A stretch of 64,000 nt of DNA from Lama glama. Its lineage: Eukaryota. How positions within the stretch are numbered: the first letter of the stretch is position 1; each line of letters begins with the position of its first letter. The DNA lies in the NCBI GenBank assembly GCA_028534125.1, contig CM052833.1, positions 19,592,001 through 19,656,000 on the forward strand, given 5' to 3'. The notes below the pieces were generated by a model, which searched no databases, was not told where the DNA came from, and was given only the letters and a program-made list of their open reading frames with translations. Shown here piece after piece: positions 37,661-50,075 of the stretch. The translations under genes were made by a program, and so were the position numbers.

Positions 37661-39824
37661 TCCATTCCTTCCTCCCTCCTTTTACAGAGTTCAGCTTGTG
37701 TAATGAAACAGATGTCTGAGTCAGGTAGGCCTCCCTGTCAGATGAACCAAAACTCTGGGCCCCCAAACAGAGTCCAGCCCGGTAACGATGTGCCCAAGGT
37801 ACCCCGAGGGGCTGCTGCTTCTGCGTGGAGCCCTGAGGCTCTCGTCACTGCCAGTGTCCGTCCATTTGAAGAAGCCATTGATCCACATGGTTCTCCACAT
37901 CCGCCTGGAGTTGTCCTGACACTCAGACAGTGGGAGGGGCTCAGGATGGATGGAGAAGATGGGGACAGCCTCCCTGTGGGGAGAGGGCTGTGTGTGCGGG
38001 AGGCCGGCACCGCACCGGGTCGGGGGGAAGTGGGGCTGCCCAGAGGAGCTTCCTGTTTCTGTGGGTGCTGCCGCTGCCCCTCCGCTGCCCCGACTCAGGC
38101 ACAGCGCAGGGTCTTCCACGGCGCCGCCGTGCAGATGCGGAGTGGGGCCCGGGCAGGGCTGGTGCTGACAGCCTGGTGGGAGTGGAGGATCAGACGTCAG
38201 GCTTGTTTGTTCACTGTGTTGTGTGGATTAGTTAAGACTTCACCTGTTCCTAATATATTCTCGGGGGAGAATTTTAAAAGATAAAAGGTTAGTATCTTGC
38301 TTTATCTGTTTTTAGTAAATGTGACATTCCAGTTGAGTCTAAATCCCTGCAGGCCTGGGACAGAGTTAGAATTGTTTGTGGGTGCGGAACAGACGGAAGG
38401 AAGTGAAGGGCTCACAGCTGGTGCTTTGCTCAGTGTCACGAGCAACACCAGTGTTTTGTACACAAACAAAGGTCTGCTGTTCTGTGCATGCTGAATGCTC
38501 GTACACTGGAGCGTTCATGACCTTGTCTGCACACTGCCGAAGGCATGGGTTTGTGGAGCTTCACTTGGGCATCTGCACGCTGGCTGTGGTGACAGAGCAG
38601 CGTCTGAAGATGCGAGACGAGGTTTTAGGAAGGACACCCTCAGAGCCTGTCTGCGGACTACCCTCACTACAGATCTAGACTTAGAAAAATCTTAAATTAA
38701 GAGAATTGGTTTCTTTGAAACTAAGTATTTGCGTGATTTGAACGTCAGTCTTTTCCATCTTCTGAGGCTGGAACGCTGTGCTCCTGAGCGGTGCCAGGAG
38801 CAGGGTGCCTGGCCTGGGAGCCGGGCTGAGTGGGTCTTTGTCCTCGGTGCCTGCGCTGTGAGCCTGTGGCCGGCGTCCACGCCTGCTGCTCGCGGGCACC
38901 TGTGCTTCATGCAAGAGCCACACCACGGCTCGGTCCTGGTGGCCCTGACCATACCCGCATGTGGCACATGACCTGGGGGCTGCAGTCGGTCACTGTTGTG
39001 GCCCTTGACATGGCAGAGAGCTGAGTAGGCCTCACCGTCTGAGACTCTGCTTGCGTGTCTGCCCGTCTGTCCCCCTCTGTGTCTCGCTCCTGCTCGCTGT
39101 TCTGGTCAGGTTGCTGGCAGTTGGTCCATTGTCCCGTGGCCTGTCTTGTGCTTTAACAGAGAATACAATCGCCTCATTTTCCTCTGGCCCTTCGCTGGGC
39201 ACACAGCAGGAGCTCCATACGTAAGTGGTTACTAACCCAGCAGGCTGACCAGCGGCTCGCCGGCTGTGCAGCCACTGCAGACACTTAGTGTTCCAGCTGT
39301 TTGCTCACCATCAGCTATTTGAACTTAAAAACATAATTCCCATATGAAAACATTACAAATTATGGCCAGAATTGAGAATTAGGACCCAGTAGGTATATAA
39401 CTGAGAATGCAGCAGATTGTTTGTTTCACGTGTTTTTATAAGTCAGGAAACCCACTTACGTTAAGTAAAATAGTTGTATGTTTGGTAGTGCAAAGCATTT
39501 AGTGTCACATATTTAGTTTCAAATACAGCTTTAGACACGGCCTTTTCTGTTAGTATTTCACCGTTATACGGTCAGGTCTGCTTTGGAAAGGGGGTGAGCG
39601 GAATGTCTGGACACCAGAGACACTTTGAAATGATCTACGTAATTTTCTGCTACAGTGAACTGTTGCCCTTTATTTTAATATCAGTATTTCCTTCAGGGAA
39701 AATGGATGTTCAGGAACATTAAGGCAGAATTTAAATTTTGGTACCTTGACCATTAAAAATAATATTTTAATGAGTAATTTCCATCTCTGCATATTTTAAA
39801 AAGGTAATCAGTAATTTATGTCCA

Positions 39825-40320
39825 TATTCCACCCCTAAGGACGGGGAATATAGCTCCTCACTCCTCAGTTCCGGGTTGTGCGTAATGTCTGCCTTTCAAA
39901 CAGATGGGGGGTGGGCAGAGGAACCTCACAGTGCAGGCCCCTGACAGCACCTGGGCCAGGTGAGCACGGGGACAGCGGCAGTGGCAGGTCTCCGACAGTG
40001 TGGACTCTTGACACAGCGTGACAAAGTGACACTTGGCCTTTGTGGTCTTCCTCTGCCCAGTCCCATAACTGCAGTCTGATCATGTCGGGGAAAGTCAGAC
40101 AAATCTCAGTCTGGGAGAATTCAGCAAAACCCCTGACCAGTCCGCTGCAAAACTGCGAAGATCTCCAGCTACGAGTGAAGGCTGGGGAACTGTCGCAGCC
40201 CAGAGGAGCCTAGGGAGACACGGTGACTGAAGGTAATGTGGTCCCTGGATGGATCCTGGGGCAGGGAAAGACGTTAGGTGAAAAGTGAGGAAATCTGAAT
40301 CGCGTGTGAACTTCAGGTGA
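39825..40320 (+). mobile_element. Ancient L1 (L1MC/MD-type) 3'UTR fragment
   Basis: CCCATAACTGCAGTCTGATCATG..TCAGACAAATCTCAGT..CTGACCAG..GAACTGTCGCAGCCCAGAGGAGCCTAGGGAGACACGGTGACTGAAGGTAATGTGG..TGGATCCTGG..GGAAATCTGAAT are characteristic L1MC3/4 motifs. Confidence 0.8.
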
Positions 40321-41229
40321 GTTATCTTTTACCTGTGATCTGGAAGAGGAAAGAGTGACAGTTGAGTCCTGTTGCTGGAGTGCTGCCTTCCTGGGCCAAT
40401 TTGGGACACAGCTGGGCCCGGCTGCAGGGAGGGTAGCCGGCCTCCCCACCCCTTCTTCTCCTTCTCTCCTCTTTCTGTTTCTGGGAGTTACTGCTGGATT
40501 GCTTCTGATGAAACGTCGTGCCATCCTCTGACTGTGGAATGCAGTGTTAGATAATCGTTGATACCGTGTTACTGTTTTCACTTGAAATGAGCTAGAAGAC
40601 AGCAAGCTACGGAGTGTCTAGCTTTTGTTGCTGGCTCAGTAACGTAGACAGCAGCTGTTCCCTCGGGAACGGACAAATGTAGGTCAGTTGGTGTTTGAGT
40701 TGAAGACGACTGGGCCTGTCCTGGTAAGTGAGCCGGTGGAGCCCCCGAGACGCTCGCTGCAGCTGCACAGCTGTCCCGAACTACGGTGGAGGCGGGGCTC
40801 CCGGCTGCGCCCCCCTGCTTCCTGGTGGGGGTGAGCCTGGCACGTGGTCACTGGGAACCTGCTCGGCAGTTGCATTATTTTCTAAGAAGGTGGGTAAGCA
40901 GTTTTTTGTGTGTGAATTAGTCTCTTCCGTTTCGTTCTAATAGCTTCATTGGTGTCTTCCTCGTGGCTTCGTTATCACAGAGGGAATGTGGTCTGTGTTA
41001 ATAAGCGTCAGATTAGTTACCCACTTGGCCTGCAGCAAATGATAGTTTTGGAAAGTATGCATGACCTGGCTGGTCAGTCACAGATTGATAATTTGCAGAC
41101 TGATTAATTTGAAGGGAAAGGAATTTCAGGTGTTAAAGGCATGCCAGTAGGAAAAGAGGAAATACATTTGGAAGATTTCACGATGGGGGATTGGCTGTTG
41201 CTGACGACCTGCTAGTCTTTGGCGATCCC

Positions 41230-41330
41230 CGTCAGTGTGGGTTACGGCCTTGGGCCTGGCTGAGGTGGTGCCTGTCAGCTTTCTCCACTGGAAGTTACTC
41301 CCCTCCCCCTCTCTAAAGGGAGCGCCCCCT
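41230..41330 (-). mobile_element. L1MC-type 3'UTR fragment (antisense)
   Basis: CCTGGCTGAGGTGGTGCCTGTCAGCTTTCTCCACTGGAAGTTACTCCCC resembles the reverse complement of L1MC. Confidence 0.6.
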
Positions 41331-42824
41331 AAGCGGTGATCCAGCTCTGTAAAGCATAGATATTGTCAGTGTATTGTGGTGAAAATCAGCCTGTGAAATC
41401 CTGGGTGTTCCAGACCAGTTATAAGGCCTAAGAAAACAGTGAACAAGTAGTAGACTTTGCCTACACTTTGAAAAAGGTCCTGATCGAAACTTGAGCTTCT
41501 CAAAAAACTAGCGTCTAAAGGCGGTTTCCTTTAGAGGAGGGTTTTTATAGGGAGACCAGAAGTTGCTAAGAAACGAGCTAAGAAGTGCCCCCCATCGTGA
41601 CACCGGGCATGTGGTCATCGCCGTACGAGTCCCCCCGCGCTCATCCCCACTCTGGTCGAGTCACAGAACCTCCAGATACTGGACACCAGATTCTTGATGA
41701 CAAATCTCATTTCCACTCTGAATTTGACATTTTAAAAAAGTTTTTAAACAGAAACGAATCATTGTCCAAGGTACAAGGGATTTCACATACTGAAGAGTAA
41801 TGAATAGCTTTTTCAACTCGATTGTCAGTTGGAAAGGTGTTGAGGCAGGGCACTTGGGGGAATTGCCTACTGATCACACTGTTGTCAGTTTCTAAGCAAC
41901 CATTGCCAGATTTATCTGCACGTCACACAACTGGTGTATTATCCCAGCTGGTTGAAATTCTTGCCCTTGTACAGAAATAGATTAGGGAGATTGGAGCAGG
42001 ACTGAACCACGGGTGGACTGCACGCAAGTGTACTTTCCAGGAGATGCCTCTCTGGCAGAAGGAAACAAGAAGTGATGTGCTCTGAAGAGGAAGGAGACCA
42101 GCCCCGGGTGGGGGTGGGGGTAGGTGGGTGGCACACAGACGCCCCTGCTGTGGCCTCGGTTCTCCGTTCTCACCTGGGCTCCTCTGACCAGCGGGGCGGC
42201 TGTGAAGGTGCCGCGGAGCGGACGCTCGGGGAGGACATCGCTCTGCCACTTTGGTTGAAGGCGCCGTGGAGCCATCGCTCCGGGAGTCGTTGCTCTCCTA
42301 CTTGGGCCACAGCTGCCCAGTTGATGCTCTTCTTCTCAGGAACATCTTCCCAATTTTCAGGAACTTAAATGTTGTCAGCATCACTAGATAATTTGCTGCT
42401 GCTGCTTGAGAGTGTTGGGAGCGCCCGCTGTCTGCCAGACCTAGACCTGTGTGAAATCATGATGTAGATAAAAGTAATCCTTGTCTAGTCTGTGAACCCA
42501 CCACCTGTGGCTGTAAAGGTCTCTTGAGGGAGAGCCCCTCCTTTCCTTTTCTGCAGTAAATAATTGTGGACCAGTAACAAAGGGCTGCTTCAGAAGGATG
42601 CCACGGGGTCACTGAGGTGCTCCTTAGGTGCCTGGTCCCCGGCCCATGAGTGGAGGCGGGGACTGGGCCGTGTGCCTGGCGTGAGACAGCGTTTGTGGAC
42701 AGGGTCTGCCCACTTCAGCCATGTTGTTTCTGTAAGTCGTTAGTTACGTTTACAGCCTAACCCACTAAATACCGCGACAGGAGCGTTAGCCTCTATTTGT
42801 CTAGAACCGGCGTTTCCAAGTACA

Positions 42825-42920
42825 TGCGTGTCTGTGCATAGACACGTATGAGTGTGCATGTCTTGTACACGTGTGGATAGACACCTGTCTGTGTATGTAC
42901 ATGTAATCTATGTACATCTT
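42825..42920. repeat. Low-complexity alternating purine/pyrimidine tract
   Basis: TACATGCGTGTCTGTGCATAGACACGTATGAGTGTGCATG..TGTGTATGTACATGTA. Confidence 0.6.
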
Positions 42921-42984
42921 CCTCAGAGTCTAGATACCAAGATCACATTGCCTGAGAGTCAGGAAGCTGATCATAGCAGCTCCA

Positions 42985-43085
42985 CAGGTGACTCTTTCAG
43001 TGACCTTGGCTGAATCATGCCTTTCCTGCCCCAGTTTCCTCATCTCAGGAGCGGAGTGTGGTCGGTGAGGCCCCCTCTAGCTGGT
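42985..43085 (+). mobile_element. MIR fragment
   Basis: GTGACCTTGGCTGAATCATGCCTTTCCTGCCCCAGTTTCCTCATCT..CCCCCTCTAGCT. Confidence 0.65.
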
Positions 43086-44230
43086 GGATTGATGGTTTTT
43101 GAGACTGCTCCGGTTCCTGGGCAGCGCCCCAGCGCCCTCTGACCAGGGCATCCATCGGTCTGTGAAGTGTCCAGTCTACCCTTTTAGGGCCCACCAGGCT
43201 GGACGTTGAAACCTAGGAACCAGGACCCCTTTCTAGTCCCTTTGTCTGACTGTTTCCTGTCTGTTGGGCACTTGTTAGCTCTCAGGTTAAGTGTCAGCAG
43301 AAAAAGTAGAACTCTGAGTTCCTGTTTTGCTTTTATTCTTTCTTTCCAAACTTATGTTCAAAACAAGTTGAGGAACCAGGGGGTTATTTTCAGGGAACTG
43401 AAGCCCTTGATAGGTGAGGTGATGGCAAGTGTCCCTTTGTTTTTGTGTCTGTTGGCGGGAGCCCGCTGCAGCCAGACACCACTGCGGGCCTACACCACGA
43501 AGAGTCCGTCCGGCGGCTGCTTCCCGTGGCCTCTGAGCAGGTGCTGGGAAGGGATTGGGGCTCCGGGCAGTCGTGGGCACCGGGGATGGGTCTCGCCCCC
43601 GGGCTGTGGTGGAGGTGGGGCTGCCCTTCGCAACGGCGCCTGAGGACTCACGTTCCTGTGACCCCACAGGACGGCAGTGTCACTGAAGTGACAGGATTTT
43701 AAAATCGAAGTTTTCTCCTTATCCATGATTTTTGAATTTAACCTTTTCTCCAGAAGGCAAGAAGTTTCAGGTAGTTTACCTTCCGGACTTACCTGTGAAG
43801 GGGCCTTGATGGGATCGTGTCTGGGCTCAGTCTCCACCTTTTATGTTGAGAATGGCATTCAGAGGGACCTTCGTGTTCAGGGAGCAGTGGCCCCTGTGCC
43901 GTGGTTGACCAGAGGGCAGGACATGGCACAGCCCTGGGTGAGGGGACGCAGTTGTCACGGAGACTGTGAGCCGGTGGGGTCAGCTCCACGTCCCGTTCCA
44001 CACTGACCCTTCTAGTGTGTGTCTAGTCCCAAGTTTCCCACTTGCAACCTGTGTGACCTGGGAGAATCCAGGATCTGATTCTGTCGTCTCCCTTGTGAAG
44101 CTTCTGATTGTGCCCCGTGGCCTCGGGGGCCTGAAATGTCCCAGTTTGCGATGCTCCTGTCTCGGGGGTGTGGGGCTACCCCATAGCTGTTCTGTAGGTT
44201 CTGTCTTTGAAGGGTTGAAAGACTCTAGAA

Positions 44231-44359
44231 TTTTTATTTGGTGGGGGAGGTGATTAGGTTTATTTATTATTATGTATTTTAATGGAGATGCTGGGGATGG
44301 AACCCAGGACCTCGTGTGCACACTAAGCATGTGCTCTACCGCTGAGCTGTACCCTCCCC
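44231..44359 (-). mobile_element. tRNA-derived camelid-type SINE (vic-1-like)
   Basis: The minus strand reads GGGGAGGGTACAGCTCAGCGGTAGAGCACATGCTTAGTGTGCACACGAGGTCCTGGGTTCCATCCCCAGCATCTCC, followed by an A-rich tail and CCTAATCACCTCCCCC. Confidence 0.9.
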
Positions 44360-44967
44360 TGGACTTGGGGATTTTTCACTGGATGTGGACAGGTGAAGTA
44401 CTTTGGGGGACTATGCAGGTGATGGTCTTGTCGGCCCTCTGAAGTGAGCCTCTGTTACCTTGTCTGCTGCACCCGGCTCTTTCCTGGGGCACCGCCATGT
44501 CTGGAGTTATGAAAGTTTCTCAGTGAGAAATAGATGCACGTGTTACGGCTCTTTAAGATCTTGTGCTTGTAATTACATTTTTGAGCACCTTCTCATGTTG
44601 GAGTACATGACATAATTAAGAGATTTTCAAGAAGAGGTAAATGAGAAAATAAATGGTTTCTGCCATGTGAGTAAACACTGCGGCTAAGACGTGGGCTAAG
44701 CCGGGGACGTGCTCTCACCCATTATGAGGGGTCCTGACTACAGTCAGGAGACGTGACCCGAGAAATTGAGAGAGTGGCGGTCCTGCTCACAGCGCATGCA
44801 CTGGGACTCACCTGTGTTTGAGGAGGGTTTGTGCTGGGGCCCTTGGGCCTTGTGAGCTGTTGACTCCAGTGAAACAGTGAATGAGGAGGATGCACTGTGA
44901 ATCTGAAATTAGTTTCGGAAAAGCTGAACATAAAGATTTTCCTGATTGTCAAATCCTCCTGTAATTA

Positions 44968-45020
44968 TAAATAATTGTTTTCTTTTCCTTTTTTTTGTTT
45001 TTTTCTTAAGTAATTGTTTT
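44968..45020 (-). mobile_element. Solo poly(A)-tail insertion with a ~14-bp target-site duplication
   Basis: TAAATAATTGTTTT (44968-44981) and TAAGTAATTGTTTT (45007-45020) flank a 25-nt T-rich tract. Confidence 0.55.
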
Positions 45021-48000
45021 ACTTATATTAGAGAAAACTTAAAACCAAGGATGTACGACACTGAGTAATTGTAAGAGAGAAAAGCAGAAAGTCTGAAATA
45101 CCCACTCAGGGTTACGCACCTCCTTAACTGTACTCACCACCCGACAGTGGAGACTCTGTGACCTCTGGGGTCTCTGAGACTAGAGCTGTGGGGCTAAGCA
45201 GGTGCAGCCCAGTCATGACTGTCCCGTCTCCGTCCCGTCTGGACACACGTGCCCTCAGCTCAGTGTTCAGTGTCTGTCGGTGGCAGTTCCTTCATCTGTG
45301 CGGAGGGGCCGGTGTGCTCAGTTTGCGGGCTGGTGTGTGCGCGTCCTCCTCGACCCTGGCCCCCGGGCTGGCCACCCTGGATGTTGTAACTGACCTGAGT
45401 CAGTCAGATCTGAGCCTTTCCCTTGTCCCTGGCTTCTTAACTGTGTCCTTTCCATTTGAAATTTGTTTTCCATGAATTTCAATTTAAAAAATTCAGTAAA
45501 GGCTATTACGATCGGACATTGATGAACTTAGGAGACCAGAGTTCTGAGCTAGTGCCCCCTCCCCTCCCCACTCCCTGTGCCTCCCAGGCGGCGTCCTCGT
45601 GTGAGTTCTGAAGTTGGAAAGGGGCTGCTGACTTGTGGAAACGTTCTGCTGCCAAGTTTCCTCTGCTACAGACTTAAAATAGGCCAGAGCGGGGCAGGAA
45701 GGTGCCCTGGAGCCGGCTGTCACCCTCCCAGCTGAGACTGCTCTACGGCTGGGGGTCACTGGCACTGGTCTCTGTTGCTGGTCCCTGTCGGGAGGGGAAG
45801 AAGCTTAACCCCCATGTCCCACCTCTGACTGCTTGGGGACAGACCTGATGGTTTACCCTGGGTGTAGTGGAAGGTTAACTATTTTTTGTCATTCTGTGTT
45901 TTTTAGTAAAAGATATTTTTATTTGTTGATGACAGACATCTTTGTTTCTGGGATAATTGATGATTCTTTTTGGCAGCACGAGTATGTTTACACCTGATTA
46001 ATCTTTAAAGCAAAATACAAAGAACATTTTCTAGGTTGGTGATTAGACCCAGTTTAATTTTGCAATGGATGTTGGAATTACAGAGATGCCTTCCAGCACC
46101 CAGACGAGAGTCTTTCTAGAGACAGCTGTGGCCTCCAGGCCAACGTAAAGAACTGTTGGTGAGTATTAGGCGTCCTGGTTCCACAGATCTGCTCACACAG
46201 GAGTGATTTTCCAGGTGCTGTGGCACAGGAAGGAAGTGAAGGGGGCTGTTCCTCACTGTGGCTCTTGAGAGAAGACGCGTTTTCTGTGCTTTTCCACATC
46301 ACTCCTTCCACTCAGCAAAGGAAACCCAGGGTGCAGTGCTTCCTCCCAGCGTGCCTCCGTGGTCCGAAACAGCAGCAGGTCGGCGAGGACAAGTGGTCGC
46401 AGCTTCCAGTACTGACGCGTGGCGGCACATTGCAGACACTTAGGTGCTCCTCAGCTACTGGACCCCACGGGCGGCGGAAGAGCCACAGGACAGACTCCTG
46501 TTTCTAATGGATCTTTAAACACATGCCCTTTCAAGGCCTTCAGTGGTTCTCTGAGCCAGGGCGGGTCATAGCCGGACCATTTTCAAGCTGCCAGATGCCT
46601 CCTCTTTTTAATGCTTTTTGTAGGTAGTTGCAGAAATTTTATCTCCCACCCCGCAAATAGAGCATTGTTCTGGGCTGGAAGATGGCTGGTTTTTGTCCGA
46701 AGGAAGTGTAAGCTGTGTCCGAAGGTAAACTTGTGTCTCCGGCAGTCTTCCCTCCCACGTGGGCCACAAGGCCAGAGCCACGCCGCCTGCTTGCTTCCGC
46801 TGAGCCGGCGGGTCCCTGCGTGTTGGGGCTGCTTGCCTTTCCTTGTCTGATAAGACCTGCCTGATCAGTGCTGAGAACCTTTTCCTCATCTGTTCTCCTG
46901 ATTTGTGTATGTGTGTTTTTCAAGAATGTGAACAGTTCATTTAAATGTTTTTATTTTCTTTAAAAAAAGAAGCAAAAGAAAACCGCAAAACCCAAAACCT
47001 TTGTGGGGACTAAGTTAGCACTTAGCCACAGCACCCTGAGGGGCCCCAGTGACCTTTCCTCTGCTCGTGTTTTTCGCCGTCCTCACTGCCTCCCCTTCCT
47101 CTTGATCTGGCAGTTTGCCTGGAAACTGTTTTTCTGTCATCGCTGACCCCTCTGGTCCCCCCTGGAACATGCAGGACCTTTCAGCACAGCGCAGGTTTGA
47201 CTCTCCTTCCTTCCTGGGCCTCTGCCCACGCTACCCTGTCCTCAAAAAGGAGGAAGGGACACGTTAAGAGGGAAGATCTGGGGGATCTGTAGTGAGTCAC
47301 TGAGCATGGCTGCGGTGCGCACACTGCTGTCCGGGGCGCAAAGGCTTTCGCTCTCGGTGCCCTCGTCTGAAAAGAAAGGTCACATGTCAAGACAACAGGA
47401 CTTGAACTCGAAGCAGCAGCATGAAACAGAGTCTCACGGCCTTCCTGGCTCCGACGCCCATGAAACGAGGCGTGTCTTGATCTCGTCGCATCTCAGAGGC
47501 TCTTGTAGACCGATACTGCTTGGTCTTTGGGGTCTCCTAGTGTCTGGCGGAGGGGAAGCCAGTGCACCCGGTGGGACCAGAGCTGCGCAGAAGCCGAGCC
47601 TCCATGCTCCCAGCTGGCCCCGAGCAGCAGGTGGCTGAGTTCTGAGACAGCAGGTCACCCTCAGGATGCTGGACGGGGCCTGAGCTCCCGGCCACATGGC
47701 CAAGGGCTGCCCTCTGCCAGCGGTGCCGGGGTGCTGCCTGGAGCTGTTCCCCTAGCAGGCGGCCTGGCACAGGGCTGGGGCCTGGAGTGGGACCCGGCCC
47801 TCATCCCCCTCTGTGTTCCCAATTCAGTGTGCAGAGGACGGAAGGGACCAGAGCCACCCTCAGCTGACGTAGGGGAGTGGTTGTGCTCACAGAGCTGTGC
47901 CCACCTTGTCTCTGCGTGAGGGGTGCCGCGCCAGGCCTTCCCAGCACCTGGGACAGAGCCCTGTCACCGTGGGGCAGGTGATGGTTCCTGTTTGTCCTGA

Positions 48001-49546
48001 GGGAAGAGCCTGGCCCACCCGTCCTGCACTGCTTCTCGTCCCATCCCCTGCATGGCGTTCGTTCCTGGACATTTTATGAACAAAAGTGATTTCAGTACGT
48101 TAATAGGAGCAGACCCGCAGTGAGAGGGAGGGGCGGTGTGACGGCGGTTCAGTGCTCGGGCCGTGTTGCCTGAAGATGCTGCTCTTACATGAAGCTTTCC
48201 TTTAAGAGGCCAGCACACAGTGGAAGCAGAGAGTCCTCCCCTCCTCCCCGCCCCGCGGCCGCATGCCCCTGGCCCCTGCGGTTCAGGGCAGCAGAGCGGG
48301 GCTGTCCCTCACGGAGTCATGGTTCTCTTGTTCTCGTGTGAAAGCCGTGCTTGTCACTTGCAGGGGAGTCAGTTAGAAATGGGTTTGGGAACCAGTCTGT
48401 TTCATAGGTTGAGCTCTGCTCATTCACCTTGTAAGGAAGGGAATCTGCATGTTTTTCAAGGAAGAAATACTAAAAAAGACCTGTTGTGCTAATAATTAGC
48501 ACTCCTTTGAGTTAATTTCCCTTTGGACAGAAGGGCTTGTATTCAGTTTTCCCTGGAAGAATGAGGTGCTCTTCGCTTTTATTGATTTGCTTTCTTTGTT
48601 ATGCATGAGTGAGGCAAGGCAGCTGATCTTCGTTGGAATGAAGCTGCTGGCCCGAAGTGTTCCGAGGGGTGATGATGTTTTATTTTGCCGGTGGTTTTTC
48701 TTTTTAAAAATCACTAAGCCTTGAAGCACATTCTTAACCAAATTGAAGCAAGAGGCTGTGATGGGAGGTGGCATTTAGTTTGCTCTGGTCAGTGATCCCC
48801 AGTCCTTTGTGTCCCCCAGCAAAGAAATGCAGATAGGTGGCCGCCGAGGAGGGGTGAGCAGTGAGTGGGGGTCTGGCTCCCCCCTCCGGTGCCAGTGCAG
48901 CCCTGCAGCAGGCGCAGGGCTTCTGAAAACGCCCCGCAGGGTTGTGGGGGGGCATCGTTGGAGCCAGAGAGGCAAGGAAAGACCCCAGCAGGTGGGGGAG
49001 TTAGTTCACTGCACCACCACCTCCAGCTCAGCCCTGGGATGGGCTTCGTCCTGACTGGGCGCTCACTGTGTGGAGAGATGCCACGGACCGCCCCAGCTCG
49101 AGACGTGTGGCCTCGTGCAGGGGAGGTGAGCTGAGCCCTAAGCGGGGCTGGGGCCCTTGCAGGCCTCCTGCGCCCAGGACCTGAGGCACGGTCTCGGGCT
49201 GTTGGAAGCATGTCTTCTCTTCCCTCCTGAAAGCCCCTGCTGCTGAGAACCCCTGAACCCAAATGGAGCTTCTGTTCCCTCCAAGGACCCCAAGTGAAGC
49301 ACAGGAAGCTGGACTTGGCCCTTAGCGCCGTTTGTGCGTCTCCACCCGCGGTCCCACGCGGAGGTCACAGGGAGCCGCCCTCCTGCCCGCCGCTGTGTTG
49401 GCCTTGACCTGGTCGGAGGAGCCGTGCTGTCCTGGAACCAAAGACCAGACTCCTGGGAAGTAATTTGCCCATCAGTGCTTGTGCTTCGTTCTTCAGATGC
49501 GGCCAGTGTGTTGACTGGGGGGCAGTGTGTTTTCTGTTTCCTTCAG

Positions 49547-50075
49547 TTTTGAAGTATAGTCAATTTGTAGTGTTACGTTAGTTTCAGGTATACAGCAAAG
49601 TGGTTCAGTTGTACACAGGTGTGTTCTTTACCACTGTAGGTTAAGACGAGGTCCCTGTGCTGTGCGGTAGGACCCAGTCCTTTGTGCCTCACATGCAATA
49701 GTGTGTGTCTGTTAACCCCAAACTCCTAGTTTCTCTCTCCCCACCGCTTTCCCCTTTGGGAACTGGAAGTTTGTTTTCTATGTCTGTGAGTCTGTTTGTT
49801 TTGTAAGTAAGTTCATTTGTTTCATTCTTCCTTTTAGATTTTTCATGTGAGTGATATCATACGGTATTTTTTTCTTTCTGGCTCACTTCACTTAGAATTG
49901 CAGTCTCCAGGTCCATCCATGTTGCTGCAAGTGGCATTGTTTTGTTCTTCTTAGGGCTGAGTCGTTGTACTCCCTTGGATGAAGTACCACGGCTTCAGTG
50001 TGCAGCCATCTGTCTGTGGCATTTGGGTGCGTCCGTGTGTTGGCTGTAATTAGTGCTGCTAAAATGGCTGTGAAG
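49547..50075 (-). mobile_element. L1 3' end (antisense)
   Basis: TTTTGAAGTATAGTCAATTT..GTTTCAGGTATACAGCAAAGTG..GTCCCTGTGCTGTGCGGTAGG..CCCCAAACTCC..TTTGTTTTCTATGTCTGTGAGTCTG..GTGAGTGATATCATACGGTAT..CAGGTCCATCCATGTTGCTGCAAGTGGCATT. Confidence 0.9.
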
